From: Lama glama
Taxonomy: Eukaryota
DNA length: 64,000 nt
Direction: 5' to 3'
NCBI GenBank assembly: GCA_028534125.1
Contig: CM052818.1
Coordinates: forward strand, 932,001-996,000
This document shows, one piece after another, positions 26,537-39,159 of the stretch. The notes under the pieces were generated by a model that was not told the DNA's origin, searched no databases, and worked only from the letters and a program-made list of their open reading frames with translations. The position numbers and the translations under genes were made by a program. How positions within the stretch are numbered: the first letter of the stretch is position 1; the number at the start of each line of letters is the position of its first letter.

Positions 26537-26953
26537 GTGTATAACAAACCTCCCCAGAGTATAGGGGCTTAAAACAACATTGATTTATTATTTCTTGTAG
26601 TCTGTGGGTTAGCTGTCACTGTGACTGTGGGCTCACTTGGCACTTCTCAGCTGCATTCAGTTAAGAGACTGGCTGGAAAGGAACATCAAGGTGGCCTTTC
26701 ATCCTCCAGACACGTAGAGGTCTCTCTACACATGGCGTCTAATCACCCAGTAGTCTAGCCCAAGTCTTCCACATGGCAGCTGGATCCCAAGAGGAAGTAT
26801 TCCAAGAGGATGCTCTGCCTGCATCAGTCTCCCTTAATGTCCTATTGGCCAAAGTCACAGCCAAGCTCTGAGTCAGTGTGGGAGGGGACCGCATAAAGGC
26901 AAAAGTGCTGAGGCGTGGCTCATTGGGTGCCACCAAAGCGACAGTCTGTTACA
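26537..26953 (-). mobile_element. MaLR (MLT1-like) LTR nested within a MIR (~26465-27100)
   Basis: 'tgtataacaaacctccccag...ggcttaaaacaacattgatttatt...tgttaca' is MLT-like. MIR core motifs (gggttcaaat; ccttggacaagt...aaaatggaggtaatacc) lie on either side. Confidence 0.6.
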
Positions 26954-28115
26954 GTCACTTACTGGCCTTGGACAAGTGCTTTGGCCACTCTGAACCCCAA
27001 TTTGCTCACCCTAAAATGGAGGTAATACCAGCTACTTGGCAGCACTCACCTGAGGACCAAATGACAACCATGTTTTCTCACAAGAATTGTTAGTAGATGA
27101 ATGTTCACTGTCTCGATTACTAGGCTGCAAGCACCTTGAGAGCATTACCATCTAATTCATTTTTATGTCCCCAGTGCCTGGCACGGGCCTTGTGGTTGAC
27201 CTCTTTCTGTTGGGTGGATAGAATAGAATGAAACAGACAAGTCCTAAGCCTTGGAGCTCTGTAAGAGTGACAGTGTCAAGAAGACACAGCAAATTCTGAG
27301 CTCCCAGTGGGTGACTAGCAGAGTGGGGGAAGCACCTGTTATTTGAGGTGATTCTTGATTTAATTGTAACCAAATTCAGCCAGGTCCACGACAATGAGTG
27401 GTGGCAATCACTTTGGTTACAGAAATCAATCAATTGATCCATTATTCACAGTAATTCTTCTAAGAATATACTAATGTCTGTTGTGCGTGTGGAAGGTGTG
27501 AGGGTGAGTCATTGTCCCTGCCCTCTAATGTATGTGTAGGGTGGGATCTGATGTACAAACAGGCCCATGACCAGCCAGCATGTGATACCTGTTACCATCT
27601 GTGAAGAGCTATGGTAAGGAGTGATTCGTGTTGTGGTGTGACTTGAGCTGGAGGAGGGGGCAGAGGGCTTCATGGAAAGGGGAGCATGTGAGCTGGGCTT
27701 GCAGGATTCACCGGATAGAGAAGGGAGTCCCAGGGGGAGGGACCAGCATGAGCCAAGACCTGAGGATATGACATCACATGGCACTTCTCAGTGAAACTAA
27801 GCCCCATGGGGCTCACTAAGGATGCACATGAGATGCAGAGGTGAAAGCTAGGACTGGCCAGACTGAGTGGTGGTCAGATTCTAGCCAGCCTTGAGGGCAG
27901 GCAAAGCAGGGAGGACTTGACCTCTCAGAAGATGGCCTGCCTGCAGAGATGTTTTATTAGAAGAAGAGTGATGTGCCTGGATCTCATTTTGCGGAAACCA
28001 TGAAAATTCAAAGCTGGAGGAGTTAGAGACTCCAGTTCAAAACGGTATCAATGTCCAGATAGAACGGGTTAGTAGGTCTGGGACAATGGCTATAGGGAAA
28101 GCAAGAAATAGAGTC

Positions 28116-28237
28116 GGGGGGTGAAGGGGTAGAGTGTGTGCTCAGCATGCATGAGGTCCTGTGTTCAATCCCCAGTACCTCTATTAAAATCAATCAATCA
28201 ATCAATCAAATTACTTCTCCCTCTTAAAACACAAAAA
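28116..28237 (+). mobile_element. tRNA-derived SINE (Vic-1-like) with an internal 5' deletion
   Basis: GGTAGAGTGTGTGCTCAGCATGCATGAGGTCCTGTGTTCAATCCCCAGTACC with an (AATC)n tail; it lacks the TAGCTCAG part of the A box. TSD aagaaatagagtc (28103-28115) / aagaaataaagtc (28238-28250). Confidence 0.85.
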
Positions 28238-31200
28238 AAGAAATAAAGTCAAATATTTTGAAGATAGTATTGACAAATATCAGCAACTGATGAGATCTGA
28301 GGGGGATTTTGAAATTCAGAGATGCCTTGGAGGGGTGCATGCAGGGTACCAAGTAGGTTATGAGCATGTTGGTCAAGATGGAAAACCTGAGAAAGAAGCA
28401 GGTTCGACTGTGAGTCTTGTGAGCTCACTATTAGCCATATTAAGCTCTGAGCCGCCTGCATTGAAATATCCATTTTGTCCTCCCTACTTACTGCTTCTAA
28501 GAAGCACTTTTAAAAAAAGAATTGCTATAAATTACAAGTCTGAGGCATTGAGTTATCCATGCTTCAGGCTAGCGGAAGTGATGGTATAGGTTAAAATTAG
28601 GTTATCTGTGGAAGCATTTAAATATGTTCAGGTGGCTTTCATCCTCGATAATGTCTCCGGATTCTCCCAGGCAGCCTCCTCCCCTTCACAGCTGAGCATC
28701 CTGCATCCACTCGCTGTCTGCTTGCATCCTTACCTCACCGTCCTCTCGACCCACCTCAGCCAGGCTCATTAGCGTGGCCCTCTCTAAAGTCACCAGTGGA
28801 CCTTTTCCACCTCTGCTCTGACTTGAATTGTCCACGCCTGTTGTTTACACTGAATTCTACACTCCTTCCACCCATGACGTCCTCTCCTCCCCACGGTTTT
28901 CTGCCAGAAGTCCCATTTCTGCTGCTGGTTCTTAGGAACTTCTTGGTTCTTCTTACTCTGCCTCTTTGAGCGCCCGCCTTTTCCCCCCTGCTCTCTTCTC
29001 TCTGCACCCTCTCCCTGGGTCCTGCTCATCCAATTTTGTTTTTATGCTTAAGTTGCCAAAACTGTATTTTTGGCTCCATACTGCAAACTAGGTACCAAAC
29101 ATCTTGACTTCCAAGGCCCACTGGAACCTCAAACTCATGGAGTCTACAACCAAGCTCACTATCTCTCCCCAAAACCCGCCCTCATTCATTCTCCCTCTTA
29201 CTGAACCACACCCCCATCTACAGAGATGCTCAAAACCCAAACCTGAGCCTGATCCATGACTCCTCCCTTTCATACCCGTGCAGTCATTTGGTCACCAAGC
29301 CTTCTCCGCTCTCTTAATTGCTCCCACATCCGTCCTTCTCCCCATTTGCACTCCTGCTACTTGGCTGACAGTTTCCACCTCTGTGGAGGGCTGTGTTCCT
29401 ATAGCCTTCTTCCTGACCTTGGCCCTCTGTGGTCCATTCTCTAAACTACATCTGATTAAGTCCTTGCCATCCCCTCATTCCACAAACACTTACTGAGCAT
29501 CTACCCTGTGGCAGTCACTGTTGCTAAGTGCTAGGGAAACAGCAGTGATTGAGAAAAACAGTGTCTCTCCCTTCTCTGAGCTTCCATTTTCCTTCCCCAG
29601 GGGAAGCATCCCCTTTCTCACTTCCTTGCCTTTGTACATGCTGTTTCTGCTACTCAGGATGCCTTTCTTGCCCTCCCCAACTTCAATAATTACCCTTCCT
29701 CACCTGACAACTTTACTTTGCTCATCAAGAGTCAGCCTAGATACTACCACATCTGGGGGTTCCCCAACCCCCCATTTCCTCAAGCTAAGTATAGACCTTG
29801 CCAGTCTCTGGCATAGCGTTTATGTCATGACTATATTGTCCAATGCTTTGTCCGTCCCAGGAAATCACAAGCTGCTTGAGGGCAAGGACTGGACCGTGTT
29901 GGTCTGTGTGTCCGTGGCATATCTAGCACAGCATCTGGTATATTTCATGGCACAGAGCAGGGACTCAGTAAATGTACATTAAATATATGTGTGTTTGGAT
30001 AGAGTTTAGGAGGGAATTCTAGGTTAGGAATACAGATTTGCAAGAGTATTAGTTAAGACTTTTGATTGCAAGTGATAGAAATCCAACCCAAACTATTTTA
30101 AGTCAAAAAGGATAGGTACTCATTCATGTAACCAGAAAGAAGAAGGATGAGTGGGTCTTGGGCACAGCTGTGCCCAGGTTCTCAAAAACAGGTGAGGACT
30201 CTCTCTCTAACCCTTGACTCAGCTTCCCTCTGAGTGTTGCCACATTTTTTTCTCCATGAGGGCTTTCTCCATGAGGTAGCGGGGGCCACACAAGGCCATA
30301 GACAGCTTAGTCATCCTAGCATATGACCCCACAGGGACAAGAGGACTTCTTGGTCTTTCATATAAATTCCCAGTGAGGGATTCAGTTGGCTCAGCCTGAG
30401 GAATCATTATGGCCAGGAAGACGGGGGTGCTGTGATTGGTCAGGCCTGGGTCTACCCTACTAGGACTGGCAGCCCTGTCAGAACCACATCCTCTTTTTGG
30501 GCGGCTCACCAAAAACAGGATGAGATGTTGGTGATACCAGAAGGTGAGGAAGACTTGCTGAGCAGATAAAAATAATAATAATGTCCACTGCAGGAGATCT
30601 CAGTGACCACGTGGTAGTGGAAGCCATGAAAATGTAAGATGATCTGTGTTTCTGGCAGAGTCGACATGTGAAAACGTGACAGTAGACAGGAGCCAGAGAA
30701 GACACAGCTTGAGATGGCTGGTCTTATTTAGGAGATGAGACTTACACACTGGAAAGCCTTAAAAAACAAAAAAAAAGAGATAATGCCTCTGGTTGATTCT
30801 TCTACCCTAAGATAATCTTGATCTGGACTTAAAAGAAAGTAGACTTGAAATAGACATCTGAGATGGGGGAAAGAGATAACAGGTCCTGAAGATGGCAAGG
30901 GGGCAGGGCCAGGCTGGAAAAGGAGGCAGGTCTTAGGTCTGCAGAGGTTGCTGATTTGGGGAGACTAGAATGCAAAGGAAAATCTCTGACTGTTCTGTCA
31001 AGCTGCTCACAGTACAGGATTGGGATGGAATTTGAATAGACAATACTTCTATTTTTCTTTTTCTGTCTCTCCTCTCCTCTCCCTGCCTCCATCACCTTCT
31101 TGCCTGCATTCAGGCAAAGCTTCATGCTCATGCTGAGGAGCTGGGTATATGTAGGGAGAAACATTCCTAAGAATGATTCATAGTCATTCCTCAGCTCCCA

Positions 31201-34200
31201 GAGATGGAGGGAAACTGTGGGGTGGGGTGGCCTCAAGTGAGCAGCCACCTGGACCCCAGAAGCCCCTTCCTTCCTCTAGCTTGCACACCCACACTCAGAC
31301 GTGCACCCCCTAGGGTACCCCCTTCCCCTGCTGTCTAGAAGCCTGCCTAGCAAGGTGCTATGCGGGGATAGGGTGCTTTGAGAGTGCATGAAGTGGGGAG
31401 GAAGTAAGCTAGTACTTCTGCGGCTCTGAAAGATGCTCCCACAGGAGGGACCAGCACTTAGCTGGGATGGACAGCCACACACAGGTGCTCTGGCACCAGG
31501 CTGACCGTACGTTAAGAATAACCCTGTTCCTGAACAGTTGTGTGTGTGTGAACCAAATGCTACTTACAATATCTCCCTGGTCACTCTGCCAACTTCTTCA
31601 GTTTTATCTATGTCATTCGTCTATTCAGGTTTTTTCTTTCTTCTTGAGTCAATTTTGATAATTTATATTTCCCTAGAAAAGCACTCAGTTCATCCAGATT
31701 TTCAAAAATTTGGGCCAAGAGTTGTACCTGGTCGCATTTCAGTAATTAAAAAAAACTTCTCTGTGTCAGTGGTTAGATCCCTTTTCTCATTATAATATTA
31801 TGTCTTTGTTTCCTTTCGTTTTTCTCCTTGAATAGATTCGCCAGAGGGCTATTTGTTTTGTTGGTCTGTTCAGAGAGCCGTCTTTTGGATTCATCTCTCA
31901 AGGCTACTTTTTGAGTTTTAATATACCTAAAGGGTGACAATGTTAGAACAGTAACTAAATAGTTCTCAAAAAAGATTCAAGTCCCTGTCTTATTTATACT
32001 AAGGTATTTTTAGATGAAATAATACAATAACTTGGATTTGCTCAAAATTATCCAGTAGTAGGGTTAAGTGTGAAGCCGGGAAACAGTGTCCAGATGAAAC
32101 AAAACTGGCCACGAGTTGATAATTGCTGAAGCTGGATGATGAGTACAGAGAAGTTTCCCATCATATTGTCTAGATTTTGGAACATGTGTTAAAATGCCCA
32201 TCACAAAAAGCTGTTTGTTTGTTTTTTGAATCTTTCTCTCACCATGCATACCAAAAATTTCTAGATGGATTAAAACTCCAGTGTATAAAAGGAAACCACA
32301 CACCCTAAAGAATTTGCATGCTAACCAATCATTGTCAGTTTATAGTGTTATGGCTATTTGTTTAAAGCCCTTAATTTAAAAAAAAATCTTCTTGACTTTT
32401 AAAACATTGAGATGACAAAGTGCTAAAAGAAAACGAATAACTTTATACAACCCTTGGGTGGGGATGGGTTTTCTAAGCGTTGACAACAAAATCAGAAATC
32501 CAAAAGATTTTACCGAAGCAAACTTTAAAGCTTTAATATGTCAATAAAGACAGTAAACAAAAGTAAAAGCCAGTCAACACACTTGAGAAGAAAATGTCTG
32601 TTATATAAATGACAAAAGATCAATATCATAAAAGGTCTTTGCAAATCAATAAGAAAAGATGAATGCGCAGTATAAAAAAGGAGCAAAGTAGTGCACAGAC
32701 AAGTCACCAAAGAGATATAAATGACTTCAAATTGTGGGGAAAAAAAAGTCCAGCCATTAGTAATCAAAGAAATGCAAATGAAACAGCTAGGCTATTTTTC
32801 CTCTTTCAAATTGGCAAGAGTACTTCAAGGCCAAAGCGCTAAGCCGAGAAGTTTGGCTACAGCTGACAAATGATGGGAGCCATTGAAGGAGCATGAGCGG
32901 GAGTCATCTGGAGACAGAGGCATCTGGTGCCTTGTGTAGGATGGTGGAGAGTGGAGAGACTGAAGGCTGGGCCAGCAGTCCAGGGATTGGGGGAGCACAA
33001 AGCATGAGTAAGAACTGTTGTGTTGTGAGCATTTGAAGGAGGAATCAGCAGAGATGATTTGTTGGTTAGCAGAGAGCAAAATCGAGGTGGCCAGTGCTGC
33101 GGGTTGACTGGGAGGACAGTGGCACTGGTGAGGGAAACAGGGATGCTGGGGAGTGGGTGAGGGGAAGTCCAAGATTTGATTTTTGACACTGTGGGTCACT
33201 GTCTCAGTCTAGAGTGTCTTTACTGGCAACTGACTCAAATGATTTAAGCTATAAAAATTTTTTGCCACCTCCCACAATTGACAAGTCCTGGGTTAAAGTT
33301 TTAGGCATATCTGGATCTGGGTGCTCAAGGGATGTCATCTCTAGTCTTTTTCTTCTTCTTCCCCAAAGAGAGGACAGAAATGGCCACCAGCAGCTCTGGG
33401 CTCATATTCTGCCAGCTGAGCACAGATCCTGGAGTGGCTGGATCCGCCTGGCCGAAGAAACGCACCCAGTCAGTAACTAATGATAACTGTGACTGATGGA
33501 CAGGCCAAGGTCACGTGCGCTCCCCTGGAGTCAGGGGGTGGGGTCAGCATAAACTCAGAGTAGTGAGAGGTTTTCCAAGGGAAAATGGGGGGCGGGGGGT
33601 CCAACCACAAAGGGGGACTGGAGCTGAGCAGCTAAAACAATAAATGTCCACTGTCTTCCACCTCTGTCCAAGATCTAGACAGATCTCTATCCTCCTATAA
33701 TTAAAAAATTTTTTTCTGTTTATCATAATGCAAGTATCTGTCACAAAAACTTAAAACACACCTGTCCCATCTCTGGAAGGAGATGTTCCAAGTTCTCACC
33801 CACTTACCCTGCCCAGCCCCAACTCAAGATCTTGGTGATGGGCTGTCTGTCTGTCATGATACTGAGCCAGGCCCTCATGGTCTTTCAATTTATGGCCAAA
33901 CGACAATGATGGAGGGAAAATGGGATAGCTGAAAGAACAAAACCCTTCCCAGTTGAAGAAGGGAGATGAGATAAAACACTCAGGGATCACAGGTCCATAG
34001 CGTGGTTCACATGCTCGACCACTCGGTGTGGACAAGGTTCCCTGGCCTGCCTGTCGGCTGCTCTGGTCCTGCTGTCTCTGAGAGCCTCCCCTGCCTTTCA
34101 TGCTCCGTGGCTGTACAGGAAAGGGGCTTTGAGGGGTCATCTTCCATGGGTGCAGGTTTAGGGGTGGGAAACTCTAGGGGCTGAGTAATCTCTGGCCTTT

Positions 34201-36324
34201 GTTTTCCAGGTTTGTGGTTTTTTTCCTGGCAATACAATACCCTTAATCATTAGGAAGCTCTCAGTCAATTTACATTCAGCCATCCCCAGAGCTATTAACC
34301 AAACTAGAGACCTCACTGAAAGTTGTAATTCTTGAATCAAGTCCCTGGTGATGGTGTTGGGGGAGGAAGAGGAGTTGTCTCTTAGCAACAGGCCTGGGTC
34401 CTCTGCCTGTCCCAGGAGCGCTCAGTTACGTGGCTGGAGCTAGGCCTCTGCCGCCGGCCAATGCAACGCCTAGCCTACGGTGAGAGGCAGGGTCCATTTG
34501 CTCCTCCTCACTCAAGCTGCATCCCAGTGGAAGGTTGCTTGTGTTGGGCAATGGCTGCCTCTGTTGAGCTGGGAGAGTGTAGCCAGAGGGGTTCAAGAGA
34601 GCCTGAGGAGTCCGTAGCCTGTCAGGCCCCAGGTTTGTCTCCCTCTGTGTTTCCAGCCTGCCTGTCTTTGCTTGAGCTGACTTTAGCTAGAAGCAGAGGA
34701 CTGGCTCTTAATTATCTGACTCTCAGCCATATTGGATTACTGGCCTCAGGCAGAAAGGGCCTCTCTGAGCAAAGCCGCATTTTCTTCCTCTCTGCTTTTA
34801 GATGGGCCTCTTTCAGCCACAGTGTGTCTCTTTCTTGCTGGACCTTTCTGAAGTCCCTGGGAAAATCCGCACCCCAGCATGGTGATATTTTTATACAAGT
34901 CCCCTAAAGTTCCAGCCTTGGTAGGAACATCTGAGTTCTAGAGGCGGTAGAAGAGTTTAATCAGCTGCTTTGTTTCTGTGTAGCTGTGTAGATGGGGTTC
35001 ACCAGCTTCTGAGTAGGGGGAGTGGTACACTCTTAACTCCCCGACTTAGTTCAGCTAATTCCTTCTTAGGATCTGTGCTTTAAAAAAAATTCCATTTCTG
35101 ATTCTAATTTCTGAGTTTGGACTTCTTCCTAGTATAAGTAAGACAGACCAAACTCCAACTGGCTTAAGCAAAAAAGGGAATTGATTGACTCACACCACTG
35201 AACAGACGAGGATCTCAGAGTGTGAGGAATCTCTCTTCCTCCATCTCAGTTCTGCTTCGTGTTGGCTCCATTCCCAGGTGGTTTGTCCCAAAGGAGACAG
35301 AGATTGGCCCTCTCCACCCTGGCCCTCCCCATCCGCTTAGAAACCTGAGCCCAAAGAGGATGCTTTCCCAGTAGTGCCAGAGAAGTCCTGGAGAAATGAC
35401 TCGCTGACTCAAGTTGGGTAATGTGTGCCCACCCCAGGACTCTGTTTGGCCAGGCCAATATCACATTCTTACCCCTGGAATCAGGGGTGGACCGTCAACT
35501 CCTACCCAAACCACATGGACTGAGAGAGTAGGGAGGGAAAGATGGTTCCCAAGGGCCAAAGCAGGGTGCTTTTACCAGGAGGAGGACTGGGTGCAGGGGT
35601 GGCAAAGGGAACAGACATCCACATAGAAATGCCAGAAGGCAAATGGAGCTCCAGGATAGGTAAGGATGGAGAGGTAGAGCTGAGAGGCAAGGCTTAAGGA
35701 TGTGAGTGAACCAGACTATGGGAGTGAACCAGACTACCTGGAAGAGGGTAGAGGCTAAGAGGGGCATGAAGGCAGACCTCCCATCAGGAGGTAGCAAGAA
35801 GAGGAGGTCAGAGAACCCAAACTGGGCAGCTTCATTGCAATAGGACCATCCAAGGGACCAACTAGGTGAAGACCCTTGATGCATCGTCTGATTAGCAAGT
35901 GGTCTGTGACCTGGGGGAGCACAGTGACAGCAGGTGGTGGTTGAAGCCCAATTGCAGGCAGTTGGGAAGAGGATGGCAGTGAGGAATAGGGTAGAGACCC
36001 CACAAGGCAGGGGAAGAATGACTGGAAGCCAGAGATGAGGGGGAATGGGCAGCAGGAGTTGTGGGTGACCAGGGGTGGGATGCCGGGAATGGTGGTGACT
36101 TGTGCCAGAAGGGGAATGAAGAAGACAAATATGGCCCTTGGAGCAAAGGGCAGGGCAGGGATGGAAGGGTGTGGCCCAGAAGCAGGAACAGGAACAAACA
36201 GTGACATGCACATAGGTATCTTCAGGTGAGGTTATATCTTGGTCACTGCAACATGGTACCATTTGTCCAGCTGGTCTGATGAGTGTAGTTTGCGTGACAT
36301 GGACATAAATAAGCATCTTCTTTT

Positions 36325-36770
36325 AAGGATTTTTTTTTTGAGATGTAACGTACATACAGCCAAGTACATATAGTGCACTAATTATAAGTGTATTAAGTGT
36401 ATTAACTGTATAACCTGTATAACCACCACTCATACCAAGATAGAGACATTTTCAGCATCACATAAGGTTCCCTCCTGCCCCTTCCCAGTCCATATAGGCC
36501 CCAGGGTAAACTTTATTCTGATTTCTGTCATCATCGATTTAGTCTGTTCTTGAACTCCATATATATAGAATCCTACAGTATGCACTATGGTCTGGCTTCT
36601 TTCATGCAGCATAATATCCATTGGATTCACCCATGTTGTTGCATGTACAGTAGTCCCTTTTCTTATTGCTGGGTAACATCCCATTATGAATATACCAGAA
36701 TTTATCCATTCTGCTGGTGACGAGTACTTCCGTTATGTCCAGGTTGGAACTATTATAAATAAAACTAATG
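36325..36770 (-). mobile_element. Old L1 3' fragment
   Basis: The minus ORF 36430-36684 has L1 ORF2-remnant text (AIRKG...HATTWVNPMDIMLHERSQT). The plus strand shows typical 'tttatccattct...ttatgtccaggttggaactattataaataaa'. Confidence 0.7.
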
Positions 36771-37141
36771 CCTTTTTTTTTCCTCCTTAGAGAATTCTCA
36801 TTCTTTCTCGCTCTCATATGCGCACAGCCCTCGCACGGGTGCCGCAGGCCAGTCCCCAGTGGGAGGGCTGGCAATTGGTCCCCTCTCACCCCTCTCTTCT
36901 GGGCTCTTGTTTTCTGGGGAAGTCAGTTTCGTCACGGGTGGAGGATACGGGTTGGAGGTGGGGAGGGATACCACCCTCCTAAGGCCTGCTCCCTCTCTTC
37001 TAGCCTCCTGGCCCCCGGCCGCCAGCGCCCTGAGCCTGCCTGACCCCTCAGAGGGGCTCGCCCGCGGCCCCCCATGAGCGCGCCCGGCTGACCCGCAGGG
37101 CGGCCGCGGTGGAGCCCGGGCGCCGCGGGGGCGTTGGGGCC

Positions 37142-39128
37142 ATGGCCTCGCTGGACCTGCCCTACCGCTGCCCCCGCTGCGGGGAGCACAAGCGCTTCCG
37201 GAGCCTGTCGTCGCTGCGCGCGCACCTGGAGTACAGCCACACGTACGAGACGCTCTACATCCTCTCCAAGACCAACAGCATCTGCGACGGCGCCGCGGCC
37301 GCCGCCGCCGCCGCCGCCGCCGCCGCCTCCGGCTTCCCGCTGGCGCCCGAGCCCGCCGCCCTGCTGGCCGTGCCCGGCGCCCGGCGCGAGGTCTTCGAGA
37401 GCACGTCCTTCCAGGGCAAGGAGCAGGCGGCTGGACCGTCTCCCGCAGCGCCGCACCTGCTGCACCACCATCACCACCACGCGCCCCTCGCCCACTTCCC
37501 CGGCGACCTGGTGCCCGCCAGCCTGCCCTGCGAGGAGCTGGCTGAGCCGGGCCTGGTGCCCGCCGCCGCCGCGCGATATGCGCTGCGCGAGATCGAGATC
37601 CCGCTGGGGGAGCTGTTCGCCCGCAAGTCAGTGGCCTCCTCGGCGTGCTCGACGCCGCCGCCGGGGCCCGGCCCCGGCCCCTGCCCCGGACCGGCCTCCG
37701 CCTCGCCCGCGTCCCCTTCGCCCGCCGATGTGGCTTATGAGGAGGGCCTGGCGCGCCTCAAGATCCGCGCTCTGGAGAAGCTGGAGGTGGACCGACGGCT
37801 GGAGCGGCTGAGCGAGGAGGTGGAGCAGAAGATCGCGGGCCAGGTGGGCCGGCTGCAGGCCGAGCTGGAGCGCAAGGCAGCCGAGCTGGAGACGGCGCGG
37901 CAGGAGAGCGCGCGGCTGGGGCGCGAGAAGGAGGAGCTGGAGGAGCGCGCGTCTGAGCTCTCGCGCCAGGTGGACGTGAGTGTGGAGCTGCTGGCCTCGC
38001 TCAAGCAGGACCTGGTGCACAAGGAACAGGAGCTGAGCCGCAAGCAGCAGTGAGTGCCCTGCAGGGCCCTGGGGTGTGTGTGTCTGCGAATGTTCCTGAG
38101 TAGTTGACTACGTGTGTCACTGTGCCGCCGCCACCATGTGAGTGTGGCTGTTTGTGGCCAAAGTATATGGGATCTGTGGCCACTGGCATGTAATGGTGGT
38201 GCGTGTGGGGCCAAGAGTGTCATGAAGGTGTGTGTTTAGGACTCTGAGTCTAGGGCTGTATGACCGTGTGCCTGTCTGAAGACGGTTTCTCCTCCGCCCT
38301 CCTAGCCAAGGCCAGCTTCTGCATTACGGCACCAGATCCTCCACCCTTTGCTTTCTCAAAGACATGGCTCAATTCTCCCCTCTCCTTGGTCCTCACCAGG
38401 TTTCCCCATCTACTGTATCATTTCTAAAAACATATCGACAGACTGTCCTTTCCCATCTGCCTTAGCCCCAAGTCACCCTTAAGCTACTGCCCTTTCTCTC
38501 CTCTTTATAGAAAAAATCCTAGAAAATATTGTTTATAATGCTGGTCTCCAATTTCTTTCCCCCACTTTCTCTCTTGAACCCGCTCTGGTCAGGTGTCCAT
38601 CTCCATCTCTATCCTCCATGCCATCAATGGCCATATTCATGTTGCCACGGCCAGCTCATCATCTTAGGTCACCCATTAGCAGCATTTAACACAGCTGCTC
38701 CTTGAAACGCCTATCTTGGCTCCCACTCTCCTGGGATTTCCTTCTTTTTTTTTCTTTCTTTTTTGTTTTTTTTTGTTGTTGTTGTTGACTTCTTCTCAGT
38801 CTTCTTTGCTGGCTTCTCCTCATTCCTCTGGTCTTTGAGTGCAGAGTTACGGATTGTATAGATGTTATTTATCTGTCCCCATTGTGACATAAGGTCCATG
38901 AGGGCAGGAATTTTTCTCTGCTTTGTTCACCGCCGTAGCCCCAACACCTAGAACGGTGCCTGGTGCCCGCAGGTGCTCAATAAATGTTAAATGGATGCAT
39001 GAACCACTGAGAATGCATTTGAGAGTAAATATTCACGTGACTCTTAAGTATGTTGTGTATACCTGCAACTCTTGGAGGCTGGTGCAACTGTAAGTGTGCT
39101 TCTGCACCAGAGAATGTTTCTGAAAGTG

Positions 39129-39159
<31 letters not shown>

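Noticed and set aside
35704..35736. 15-bp direct repeat gagtgaaccagacta, twice
   Set aside because: A simple local tandem duplication with two copies only; not an array.
35495..36316. 273-aa minus-strand ORF in the first FBXO41 intron
   Set aside because: Antisense of purine-rich intronic or LTR-like sequence; no recognisable protein motif or splice context.
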